Made by a program: the position numbers and the translations under genes. Positions 1 through 8,515 of a DNA stretch of 64,000 nt are shown here, piece after piece. The stretch is from Verrucomicrobiales bacterium. GTDB taxonomy: Bacteria > Verrucomicrobiota > Verrucomicrobiia > Limisphaerales > Palsa-1400. Position 1 is the stretch's first letter. Every line of letters starts with the position of its first letter. Where the stretch lies: the NCBI GenBank assembly GCA_003140095.1, contig PLIU01000248.1, forward strand, positions 2,304-66,303, given 5' to 3'. The notes beneath the pieces were generated by a model. It saw only the letters and a list, made by a program, of their open reading frames with translations. It did not search any database and was not told the DNA's origin.

Positions 1-1738
1 TGAGCACCACCCCGGCGGCGGACTTGGCGACATCGGTCGCCGTCGAAACCGCGATCCCCATTTGCGCCTGACGCAGCGCGGGCGCGTCGTTGGCGCCGTC
101 GCCGCACATGCCCACGATGTTCCCGGTCCTTTGGAACGCCTTGACCAGTTTGAATTTGTCTTCAGGCAAAACGCCGGCAAAGACGGCGAAACTTTCAGGG
201 CGCACGTCGTCGGGTATCGGTCCGGGTGGGCACACCGCGCCCTCGAGGCCAACGGCGTGAGCGACAATCGCCGCCGTCGCCGGTGCATCGCCCGTTACCA
301 TCACCGTGCGGATGCCGAGAGATTTGAGTTCGGTGACCAAGGCGGCGGAATCTCCGCGGGCCGGGTCGCTCAGCGCGATCAATCCCAGCAGACGCATCGC
401 AGAGGAAGGTCCCGCCACGACCGCCAAGACGCGAAAACCCTGCGATTCCAATTCTTTCGCCGCCGCTTGGGCGGTCGGCGAAGGGGCGGCGAGAACGCTG
501 ACGGTTGCGAAGGCGCCCTTGATGATCCGCAGCGTTCCAAGACTCGCATCCACCACCATCGCCTCGGACATCTTCGTCGCGGGATCGAATGGCACGAAGC
601 GAGATAATTTGGGCGGGTTGGGAGCGGCTTTCTTTAAAGCGGCCGAACGAATGGCCCCGTCCACGGGGTCTTGTCCGCCGTCGGAACTGGCGAGTGCCGC
701 CATGGTCAAGACGCGGGATTCGTCGCAGTCGGGCATTGGGCGGACCGCCGCCACTGAGAGCTCGTTGCGGGTGAGCGTCCCGGTTTTGTCGGCGCACAAG
801 ACATCCATGGACGCCGCTTCATCCACGGCCGAGAGGCGTGTCGGCAAGGCGCCCTGGCCTGCCAAGGCTCGCGCTCCCAGAGCGGTGGCCAGCGTGAATG
901 TGGCTGGCAGAGCAACAGGGATCGAAGCCAGAACGGCCGTTAAAACCAAGGGGATGATGTCCTTTGTCGGCAAGGCATGGGCCATAGCATACGCCACCAG
1001 CATGACAATCAGGATGCCATTGAATATCGCGAGATTACGCACCACGCGCAAGACGGCCTTTTGCTGGGAACTGACGACATGGGCCGTGCGAACCAACTCG
1101 GCCGTGCGACCGAACTTGGTGCGGATGCCCGTCGCCGTGACCTGTGCCACCGCCTCGCCTCGCCGCACCAGCGCGCCGGCAAAGGTTTGAAAACCCGCGC
1201 CCGCTTCGGAGCCGATGGACTCGCCGGTGAGCATGGATTGATCGAGCAGGACGTTGCCCTCGATCAATTTCACGTCCGCAGCCACAACGCCGCCGAGAGA
1301 TAGCTTTATGATGTCGCCCGGCACGAGGTCCGCAGCCGGGAGGACCTTCCACACGCCGTCGCGGCGCACCGAGGCGGTCATGGCCAGCCGTTTCTTCAAG
1401 GCGGCGAGCGTTGCCTGGGCGCGCCCCTCCTGGAAAAAACTAAGCACGGCGTTGAACAACAGAAGCGCCGCGATGATCCCGGCTTCGACATACTTGCCGA
1501 GCACCAACTCCAATACGACGGCCGTTTCCAGCATCCAAGGGATCGGCGCCCACAGTTTCTCGATGGCCCTTCGCGCCGGATGCGAAGAAGTATCAGGCGC
1601 GGCATTGGGGCCAGACTTTTCCAATCGGCGGCGCGCCTCTTCGCTTGTAAGCCCGGCCGATGACGCGGAAGCAGCCTCCTTGGGTGGAGCATCAGCGGCG
1701 CTGGGCTTAGCAACAAGTGGACTAAGGGTAGCAACCAT
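1..1738 (-). CDS. P-type cation ATPase, plasma-membrane H+-ATPase-like (P3A-like). Only the N-terminal ~579 codons are present; the gene runs off the left edge.
   Basis: Absent from the ORF track because it has no stop in the window. Reverse translation from the ATG at 1738 gives MVATLSPLV...GLTSEEARRRLEKSGPN...PIPWMLE. It contains the phosphorylation motif CADKTGTLT (rc of ~765-800) and the hinge motif CGDGANDAPAL (rc of ~70-110). The frame is open to position 1. Confidence 0.9.
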   Translation of the reverse strand, partial: MVATLSPLVAKPSAADAPPKEAASASSAGLTSEEARRRLEKSGPNAAPDTSSHPARRAIEKLWAPIPWMLETAVVLELVLGKYVEAGIIAALLLFNAVLSFFQEGRAQATLAALKKRLAMTASVRRDGVWKVLPAADLVPGDIIKLSLGGVVAADVKLIEGNVLLDQSMLTGESIGSEAGAGFQTFAGALVRRGEAVAQVTATGIRTKFGRTAELVRTAHVVSSQQKAVLRVVRNLAIFNGILIVMLVAYAMAHALPTKDIIPLVLTAVLASIPVALPATFTLATALGARALAGQGALPTRLSAVDEAASMDVLCADKTGTLTRNELSVAAVRPMPDCDESRVLTMAALASSDGGQDPVDGAIRSAALKKAAPNPPKLSRFVPFDPATKMSEAMVVDASLGTLRIIKGAFATVSVLAAPSPTAQAAAKELESQGFRVLAVVAGPSSAMRLLGLIALSDPARGDSAALVTELKSLGIRTVMVTGDAPATAAIVAHAVGLEGAVCPPGPIPDDVRPESFAVFAGVLPEDKFKLVKAFQRTGNIVGMCGDGANDAPALRQAQMGIAVSTATDVAKSAAGVVL

Positions 1739-1969
1739 TTTGGATGCCTCAACAGATTGGCCGAAGATTCAATTTGCGTTGAGGTGGCGCGCACGCTGAA
1801 TCGTGGGCTTTCAACTTGTTTTTGAGGGTCATGGCAGCAATAACTTCATTCCTACTCAATAAAGCTTGGAAACCGCGCGGGCGCTATGGGGACTTCACCC
1901 CATATCTGCGGGGCGTGGGCGCCGCACCGATTGGTGGCGCGGCGCTACTGGACGGACATCGGCTTTGGT

Positions 1970-2640
1970 AGTATCCTTTGGCCATGAGGGCCCTATCAGA
2001 GGGGGGATGCGGATGACCTGCCTTGGAGAAATGGCGCGGTGGCCGCACGACCTGCGCGGAGAGTTAAATGTCCGCCTGCAGCCACGGCCAGGAGAGAAGG
2101 CCGATCAACCTTAAAAAGACATTTGAATTGGCCACAAAAGAACACAAAGAGCCAAGACAAGGATCCAGAATGAAGGATGAAGCAGCCAAGCCACGTCACA
2201 GGCGCGCAGTCAAACCCGGTCAAACCTAATCAACCGCGAATGGACGCGAATAGACGCCAATGACTGAGGCGACAACCCAGGCAAATCCAGCCAAACCCGA
2301 TCAATCCGGGTCAAACGCAGTCAAACCAGTCAAACCGGATCAAACCAAATCAAACCGGATCAAACCTGCGAGGCTGCTGGCGTGTCCCAAAATTGGACAA
2401 TGCGATGCGGAAAAGAGATCGGAGGAAGGCAGCTTGGTCAAACCCGGTCAAACCCAATCATACCGGACCAGACCTGGTCAATCCCAGTCAAACCCGGCCG
2501 AAACCGGTCAAACGGGGACTCGCAGGAGTCAGAACAAATTATGGGCGGCCCGCTTTGCGGGCTGCTCGCCCCTCCCGAAGGGTCAAACCCAGTCAAACAA
2601 GTCAAACCCGGTCAAACTGGTCAAACTGAGTCAAAACAGA
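1970..2640 (+). repeat. Composite intergenic repeat element, copy A. It has a ~70-nt head module, a CACAAAAG...GAAGGATGAAG...CACGTCAC module, and four blocks of ~10-bp GGTCAAACCN tandem units.
   Basis: Head 1970-2041 aligns with the rc of 19604-19670. Region 2130-2199 resembles the rc of 19465-19500 and the rc of 61452-61521. Decamer blocks lie at 2208-2236, 2290-2367, 2436-2514 and 2581-2637. The three overlapping + ORFs here exist only because the unit has no stop triplets. Confidence 0.75.
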
Positions 2641-2794
2641 AAGTGAGGTGACCCTTTGATCACAAAACTGCCAATTTTAAACTCCAAAAGCAGGCAAAAA
2701 CCCCATTACAGGGGCTTTATCTTGCGGCAACCCCATTATATAGTGGTTTTTCGCTTTACTTTCTCCCGGGCTTGATGTTTCTTTGTGCGTTAAG

Positions 2795-5700
2795 ATGTAT
2801 TTAAAGAATTTAACTGTGTTGGGGTTCAAATCTTTCGCGGAGAAAACGTCGCTGAATTTTCAGCCGGGCGTCACCGCCATCGTCGGCCCCAATGGCTGCG
2901 GCAAATCCAATGTCTCCGATGCCATCCGCTGGGTTCTGGGCGAGCAATCGGCCAAAGCGCTGCGCGGCGGCGAAATGGCCGACATCATCTTCAACGGCAC
3001 GGATTCGCGCAAACCCCTAAGCATGGCCGAGGTTTCCCTGACCATCGGCGGCATCGATGGCGAGCATTTGACCGCGGCCGGGGTGGAGATTGCTTACAAC
3101 GAGGTGACTTTGACGCGCCGTGTGTTCCGGGACGGCTCAAGCGAATACTTTCTGAATAAAACGCCCTGCCGGTTGCGGGACATTCAGCAACTCTTCATGG
3201 GCACGGGCGTGGGCCGGAGCAGCTACAGCATCATGGCGCAGGGGAACATCACGCAAATCCTTTCCAGCAAACCGGAAGACCGGCGCGTGGTCTTTGAAGA
3301 AGCGGCCGGCATCACCAAATTCAAGGCGCAGAAGAAGGAGTCCTTGCGCAAGTTGGAGGCGACTGAGCAAAATCTGCTGCGCGTGGCCGACCTGATCCGC
3401 GAAGTCAAACGGCAGATCGGTTCGCTCCAGCGCCAGGCCGGCAAAGCCCGCCGCTACAAGCAACTGATGCTCGAACTCCAGCATCTGGAAACGCAGTTGG
3501 CCCGCCACCACTTCGACGTGTTGCAGACGGACATCCGCGCCCGCACTCAAGAGTTGGAGCAATCCCGCGCGCAGATCGAAGCGCTTTCCGAAACGGTGCT
3601 GCGGGCCGAAAATGAAATCAGCGCGTTGCGCGAAGAGCTTTCCACGCAGGAACAGCAGATCGGCCAATGGCAACAGGAGGGGCTGGCATTGAAGGGCCAG
3701 ATTGACCAGCACGAAAGCCGCATCCAATTCAACCAGGACAGGTTGCACGACCTCGAAGCCCAAAACGTCCGCGCCACCAGCGACATCGTCCAAGCCGAGG
3801 AACGCGCCCTGGCCGCGCGGCAGGAGTTTGAAAGTGTGGTCGCGCGCCTCAACACGGCCGAGGCCGCGGTGCGCGAGCATCAGCAAACCTTGGAGGCCAA
3901 GCGCCTGGCTTTGCAAAGCGTCGAGAATGCCTTGCGCGCCGACCAGGAGGCCTTGCGCCAGGCGCAAACGCGCGCCTTCGAGGCCGCCCAGCAACTCAGC
4001 CGCGCCCGCAACGAAATCACCGCGCTGGATTTGCAAAAGGAAGGCAACGCCGTCCGCCTGGAAAAGCTTTCCGCCGAAAAAATCCAGCTCGAAGAGGAGC
4101 GCGCCGGATTGGAAGGCCGGCTGCAACAATTCTCGGCCACGGTGCAGGAGGAGATTTTAAACGCGCAGACCCATCGCGGCACGGTGGAGGACCGGCAGCA
4201 GCGATTGCGTGAGATTCAACAACAGTTGAACGACATCACGCTGCAACTGGACGACGGGCTGCGGCGACAGGCGGAAACACGCTCGCGCCTCAACGTCCTG
4301 GAGCAATTGCAGGCCGAGCACGAGGGGTTCGCCCCCGGCGCCCTCTCCGCCCTCAAGACCGCCGGCAATGTGCTGGGTTCGCTGGCGGACAAGATGCGGG
4401 TGCCGGACCCCTACGTGGTGGCCATTGAGACGGCGCTGGGCCACCATTTACAATTAGTATTGACAGAACAGCCGGAAACGGCGCGCCAAATCGTCGAGGA
4501 CCTGCGCGCCAGCAAATCCGGCCGCGCCAGCATCGCGGCCCTGCATTTGACAGCCCCGCAGCCCGGTTCCTCCGGCGCCAACGGCTCCAAGCAAGAACAG
4601 CCCGCCAACACCGTCGGCGCGTTGAGCGTCATCGAAGCCGAGCCGTCGGTGCAACCGCTGTTGGAGCGGTTGCTGGGCCAGACGTTGATTGCGCCCGATC
4701 TGGCCTCGGCCACCATGGCCTGGCGGGATGCCAACGGCGCTTGCGACTTCGTCACGCCCGCAGGTGAATTGCTCAACCGGCACGGCATCTTCACCGGCGG
4801 TTATTTGAACGGGCACGGTTCGAGCCAGGCGGCGGCCTCCATTTTGGGCCGCAAGAATCAGATCGCCGAGTTGCACCAGGCCACGGCCGCTTTGCAGGAA
4901 AGCGTGCATGAAATCAGCCGGCAAAAGGGCGCGCTGGCCGGCGAACAGACGCAGTTGCAGGCCGGTTTGCAAGAGGCCCAGACGGAATTGCGCACGCAGG
5001 AAGTGGCCATCGCCACGCGTCAGGGCGAGTTCAAGGCGCTGGAGAATTCCGCGCGCGTGCTCGCGCAAAAAATCGAAACCGTCGTCTATGAGATTGACAG
5101 CCTGAAGGCGCAGGAAGCCGAGGGCACGGCCAAGCGCCAGGTGCTGGCCGAGCGGGCCGCCGCGCTCGAAGGCGCCGAGCAGGAAGGACAGGCCGCAGTG
5201 ACGCGGTTGACCGCCGCGCTCGAGAATTGGCGCCAGCAGCGCGACGCGGCCAACGCCTCGCTCACCGAAACCAAGGTCGCCCTGGCCACCGAGGAGCAAT
5301 TGAGCCATTCCTTCGCCAGCCAGAAAAAGCCGTTGGAACAGCGGATCGCTGAATTGACCAATCTAGCCGAACAGCGTCGCGGGGAGATTCAAACCTTCCT
5401 GGACCGAAAACAACAGGCTGATTTGGAAATCGCCGAGTCGCGCCAGAGAATCGAAGCCCTGTGCCACCAGCGCGAACAGGTCAATGTTAAAGTCGCGCAG
5501 ATGCTCTCGCAAAAGCAGGCGCTGGAGGAGCACATCCAGACTGAGGACGGCGCCTTGCGCGAACAACGCCGCCGTTTGGCCGACTTGCAACAACAGCGCG
5601 GCGCCACCGAAGTGGAGTTGGCGCAGAAAAACATGGCGGCGCAGAACCTGCGCGACCGCATCCGGGAAAAATACCAGCTCAACCTGGAGGACATTCGCAG

Positions 5701-6556
5701 CGAGTGCATCACCATCACGCTGGCCGACGAAGGGCCGGCCCAGATTCACACGATGACGCCCGAAGAAATGGCCGTTAGCGGCGCCGCCACCGATTGGGAG
5801 GCCGTGTCCGGGCAAGTGATCCAGTGGCAAGCCCGCATTGATGAAATGGGGCCGGTCAATTTGGTGGCCATCGACGAATACGAGGAAACCGAGCAACGGC
5901 ATCAATTCCTGACCAAACAAAACGACGATCTGGTGCAGGCCAAAACGCAGTTGGTGGAAGTCATCAACCGCATCAACACGCAGACCCGGCAGATGTTCCT
6001 GGAGACGTTCGAGAAGGTGCGCGATAATTTTCGCCAGATGTTTGTCGAAATCTTCGGCGGCGGCAAAGCGGACCTCATCCTCACCGAGGGAGGCGACGTG
6101 CTGGAATGCGGGATCGACATCGTGGCGCGGCCGCCGGGCAAACAGTTGCAGAGCATCTCCTTGCTCTCGGGCGGCGAGCAAACCATGACGGCGGTGGCGC
6201 TGTTGTTTTCCATCTACCAGGTCAAGCCCAGCCCCTTCTGCGTGCTGGACGAATTGGACGCGCCGCTGGATGAATCGAACATCAACCGGTTCATTCACGT
6301 GTTGCAGCGGTTCCTGGTGCATTCCCAGTTCGTCATCATCACGCACAACAAACGCACCATCGGGATGGCGGACGTGCTCTATGGCGTGACCATGCAGGAA
6401 CACGGCGTGAGCAAAATTGTCAGCGTCAAGTTCCACAAGACCCACGACGCGTCGAACGGCAACCCGCTGCTGGAGCCGCCGCCGCCGGGACGATCCATCG
6501 AGGCGGAGGAAGACGAGGCGCGACCGCGCGAGGAAATGATGGTCATGGCCAAATAA
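2795..6556 (+). CDS. smc: Chromosome segregation protein SMC
   Basis: N-terminal Walker A FKSFAEKT...GPNGCGKSN, a long coiled-coil middle, and a C-terminal signature LSGGEQTMTAVALLFSIY plus Walker B FCVLDELDAPLDE. The ATG at 2795 (MYLKNLTV) is preferred over the track's TTG at 2783. Confidence 0.95.
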   Translation: MYLKNLTVLGFKSFAEKTSLNFQPGVTAIVGPNGCGKSNVSDAIRWVLGEQSAKALRGGEMADIIFNGTDSRKPLSMAEVSLTIGGIDGEHLTAAGVEIAYNEVTLTRRVFRDGSSEYFLNKTPCRLRDIQQLFMGTGVGRSSYSIMAQGNITQILSSKPEDRRVVFEEAAGITKFKAQKKESLRKLEATEQNLLRVADLIREVKRQIGSLQRQAGKARRYKQLMLELQHLETQLARHHFDVLQTDIRARTQELEQSRAQIEALSETVLRAENEISALREELSTQEQQIGQWQQEGLALKGQIDQHESRIQFNQDRLHDLEAQNVRATSDIVQAEERALAARQEFESVVARLNTAEAAVREHQQTLEAKRLALQSVENALRADQEALRQAQTRAFEAAQQLSRARNEITALDLQKEGNAVRLEKLSAEKIQLEEERAGLEGRLQQFSATVQEEILNAQTHRGTVEDRQQRLREIQQQLNDITLQLDDGLRRQAETRSRLNVLEQLQAEHEGFAPGALSALKTAGNVLGSLADKMRVPDPYVVAIETALGHHLQLVLTEQPETARQIVEDLRASKSGRASIAALHLTAPQPGSSGANGSKQEQPANTVGALSVIEAEPSVQPLLERLLGQTLIAPDLASATMAWRDANGACDFVTPAGELLNRHGIFTGGYLNGHGSSQAAASILGRKNQIAELHQATAALQESVHEISRQKGALAGEQTQLQAGLQEAQTELRTQEVAIATRQGEFKALENSARVLAQKIETVVYEIDSLKAQEAEGTAKRQVLAERAAALEGAEQEGQAAVTRLTAALENWRQQRDAANASLTETKVALATEEQLSHSFASQKKPLEQRIAELTNLAEQRRGEIQTFLDRKQQADLEIAESRQRIEALCHQREQVNVKVAQMLSQKQALEEHIQTEDGALREQRRRLADLQQQRGATEVELAQKNMAAQNLRDRIREKYQLNLEDIRSECITITLADEGPAQIHTMTPEEMAVSGAATDWEAVSGQVIQWQARIDEMGPVNLVAIDEYEETEQRHQFLTKQNDDLVQAKTQLVEVINRINTQTRQMFLETFEKVRDNFRQMFVEIFGGGKADLILTEGGDVLECGIDIVARPPGKQLQSISLLSGGEQTMTAVALLFSIYQVKPSPFCVLDELDAPLDESNINRFIHVLQRFLVHSQFVIITHNKRTIGMADVLYGVTMQEHGVSKIVSVKFHKTHDASNGNPLLEPPPPGRSIEAEEDEARPREEMMVMAK

Positions 6557-6590
6557 CCGCATGAGTTCACCCCAATAGAACCCACCCCTT

Positions 6591-7262
6591 ATGCCTATGT
6601 CCGCTCATCACGATGCCGGCGAATTCATTGACAGCGACTTTCAACCGGACCGTCCTGCGGCCTGCCCCGCGCCGCCGGCGGGCGCAAACGCGGCCAACCG
6701 TCCGCCCACGCGCGAGGAGATCGAGGTGCTGGTCAGCGAGAAGCAAATCAAGCTGGCGGAGTTGAAGCGGGCGCAGGAAGAATTGGAGCGCGAGCGGGCG
6801 GGCCTGGAAGAACTGCGGAGGCGTCAAGTCGAATTTCAAACCGGCCGCGCCGAGATCCTCCAACAGCTCACCCGCGGCGTCGGCCTGCTGGAGGAGGCGG
6901 AATTGAACTCGCGCCGCGACACTGAGGAAATGGCCCGCACGCTGGCCGAGTTCCGCCAGGCCGCGCAGAAAGTGCAGGCGATCAACGAACAAGCTTGGAC
7001 CTCCGAAAATCACAGCGTCGAATTGACCCGTGCCGCCACCACCGTCGAAAATGCCCGCATGGAATGGAACGCGGCGAGGCTGAAATTTCCGTTGCTGGCC
7101 AGCGCGCCACGCGCCGCGCCCGGCCCGGCCGCGGCTCCAGCCCGATCGGTCTTTCCGGTCGAGGCCGATTTATTGCAGTTGTGCAAGTTTGGCCTGGCGC
7201 TGAATTGGCCGCTGGTGTTGTTGGGAGCGTGCATATTCGCGGCGTTGTTATGGCGTCGCTGA
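6591..7262 (+). CDS. Hypothetical coiled-coil protein with a single C-terminal transmembrane helix (tail-anchored topology)
   Basis: 223-aa ORF immediately after smc. It has a heptad-like charged region (KQIKLAELKRAQEELERERAGLEELRRRQ) and a hydrophobic C-terminus LALNWPLVLLGACIFAALLWRR. No family recognised. Confidence 0.6.
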   Translation: MPMSAHHDAGEFIDSDFQPDRPAACPAPPAGANAANRPPTREEIEVLVSEKQIKLAELKRAQEELERERAGLEELRRRQVEFQTGRAEILQQLTRGVGLLEEAELNSRRDTEEMARTLAEFRQAAQKVQAINEQAWTSENHSVELTRAATTVENARMEWNAARLKFPLLASAPRAAPGPAAAPARSVFPVEADLLQLCKFGLALNWPLVLLGACIFAALLWRR

Positions 7263-7783
7263 CCGATGGCATGGGGATCTTTAAAAAAAGAGCGGATCCC
7301 ATTTCTGAACGGTCGCGGGAGTTGACCGCCAGAATTGCCGAACTGGAGTCCCGGATCAAGCAATTGAGCCGGCAAGCTGAGCCGGAAGACCATCGGCGCA
7401 TCCGCTCCACCGCTTATCCGCCCGGCGCGCCGACCGCCGCCCGGCGCGCCGCCAGCGCGGCCAACGCCGAACCTGTGTTCGAGCGCGTGGACCAGAAACA
7501 ACTCAAAGACCCTCCCGAACCGCTGGCCACCGCCCGCCATTACAACGAAATGGGGGCGCGCAAGTTTGATCTCATGGAACTGGCCGCTCGGATTAAACGG
7601 CATTTCCGCGGCCCGCCCGCCGCCAATCCGAAGCTTGTCAACTATTTAGCCGCCGGCAACATTCAAGGCTTGCGCCCCTTGCGTTACGAGAAGCGCGTGG
7701 CCCGCAATCGTTTTGTCGCCCTGACCCTGGTCTTCGTCATCGTGCTCTTCGGGCTGTTCTGCTTTTTGGCGCGAAGGCATTAG
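7250..7783 (+). CDS. Hypothetical coiled-coil protein with a C-terminal transmembrane helix
   Basis: The ATG at 7250 overlaps the upstream stop (7260-7262) by 13 nt. The sequence runs MASLTDGMGIFKK...ELTARIAELESRIKQLS and ends in FVALTLVFVIVLFGLFCFLARRH. The track ORF 6995-7783 is in the same frame, but its first 85 codons overlap the previous gene. Confidence 0.55.
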   Translation: MASLTDGMGIFKKRADPISERSRELTARIAELESRIKQLSRQAEPEDHRRIRSTAYPPGAPTAARRAASAANAEPVFERVDQKQLKDPPEPLATARHYNEMGARKFDLMELAARIKRHFRGPPAANPKLVNYLAAGNIQGLRPLRYEKRVARNRFVALTLVFVIVLFGLFCFLARRH

Positions 7784-7791
7784 TTTTTTTG

Positions 7792-7870
7792 TCCTGATCC
7801 TAATCCTGATCTTAATCTTAATCTCTTTCGTGCAATTCGATTAAGATTAAGATTAAGATTAGGATTAGGA
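7792..7870. repeat. Long inverted repeat (hairpin) made of tandem hexamers. Left arm is (YTRATC)x5, right arm is (GATTAR)x5.
   Basis: Arms 7792-7823 and 7839-7870 are 32 nt each. Of the 32 positions, 29 are Watson-Crick, 2 are G-T and 1 is a C-A mismatch. The loop is 15 nt. A T7 run lies immediately 5' (7784-7790). It sits between the stop at 7783 and the plsY start at 7889. Confidence 0.85.
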
Positions 7871-7888
7871 AATTAAGAAGAAACAGAC

Positions 7889-8515
7889 GTGGACATCGGC
7901 GCTTACATCTTTGTTGTTGTCATCTCCTATTTGCTGGGAGCCACGCCCTCCGGCTATCTGGTGGGCATGGCTTGCGGCATCGATGTCCGCACGGCCGGCA
8001 GCGGCAACATCGGCGCCACCAACGTAGTCCGCGTCTTGGGTCGGAACGCCGGCGCGGTCGTGCTGGCGGCCGATGCGCTCAAAGGCTTCGTGGCCGCGCG
8101 TTGGGTTCCGCTTCTGGCGCTGTACCTGTTTCCGTCGCCAGGCACATTGCGGGAGCATTTGGCGCTGGTCGCCGGTGTGGCGGCGATTCTGGGGCACATT
8201 TACACTTTCTGGCTTTATTTCAAAGGCGGCAAAGGCATCGCCACCTCGGGCGGCGTCGTGCTGGCTTGGGCGCCGCTGGCATGTCTGACGGCGCTGGCGC
8301 TGTGGGGAATGGTCCTGACGATGAGCAAGTACGTTTCGCTGGCCTCCATCGCTGCGGCGATCATCCTGCCTTTCGCGGTCTGGTTTTGGAACGGCAGCAC
8401 GACCATGACATTGGCGATGACGGGGCTGAGCTTGCTGGCGATTTACAAACACAAGGCAAACATCCAGCGCCTGCTCAAGGGCCAGGAAAGCCGCATCGGA
8501 AAGAGAGTGACATGA
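7889..8515 (+). CDS. plsY: Glycerol-3-phosphate acyltransferase PlsY
   Basis: Motifs SYLLGATPSGYLV, GSGNIGATNVVR and FKGGKGIATSGG in a multi-TM protein of typical size (208 aa). GTG start. Confidence 0.9.
   Translation: MDIGAYIFVVVISYLLGATPSGYLVGMACGIDVRTAGSGNIGATNVVRVLGRNAGAVVLAADALKGFVAARWVPLLALYLFPSPGTLREHLALVAGVAAILGHIYTFWLYFKGGKGIATSGGVVLAWAPLACLTALALWGMVLTMSKYVSLASIAAAIILPFAVWFWNGSTTMTLAMTGLSLLAIYKHKANIQRLLKGQESRIGKRVT

Noticed and set aside
62-1799. Plus-strand ORFs 62-607, 306-1190 and 1254-1799, and minus ORFs in other frames
   Set aside because: All overlap the P-type ATPase, whose frame carries the DKTGTLT and GDGANDAPAL motifs. The listed ORFs have no motifs and a biased composition.
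1888-1913. Mutually exclusive CCCC/GGGG/CCCC hairpins in the 5' leader of the P-type ATPase (possible attenuator or riboswitch)
   Set aside because: The stems are only 4 bp. No known riboswitch consensus was recognised. This is too weak to support.
2208-2637. Possible CRISPR array (repeat blocks separated by 53-68-nt unique segments)
   Set aside because: The repeats are 10-bp tandem units, not 25-40-nt direct repeats alternating with single spacers. The blocks differ in length, and there are no cas genes in the window.
2260-2651. Three overlapping + strand ORFs encoding KPGQT/SNPVK-like peptides
   Set aside because: All three frames are open simultaneously because the 10-bp repeat unit lacks stop triplets. 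This is a hallmark of non-coding tandem repeats, not of a gene.
3137-6562. Several 250-400-aa minus-strand ORFs (3137-4129, 4454-5308, 5363-6562) inside smc
   Set aside because: They are shadow ORFs of the smc coiled-coil region. smc is unambiguous on the + strand.
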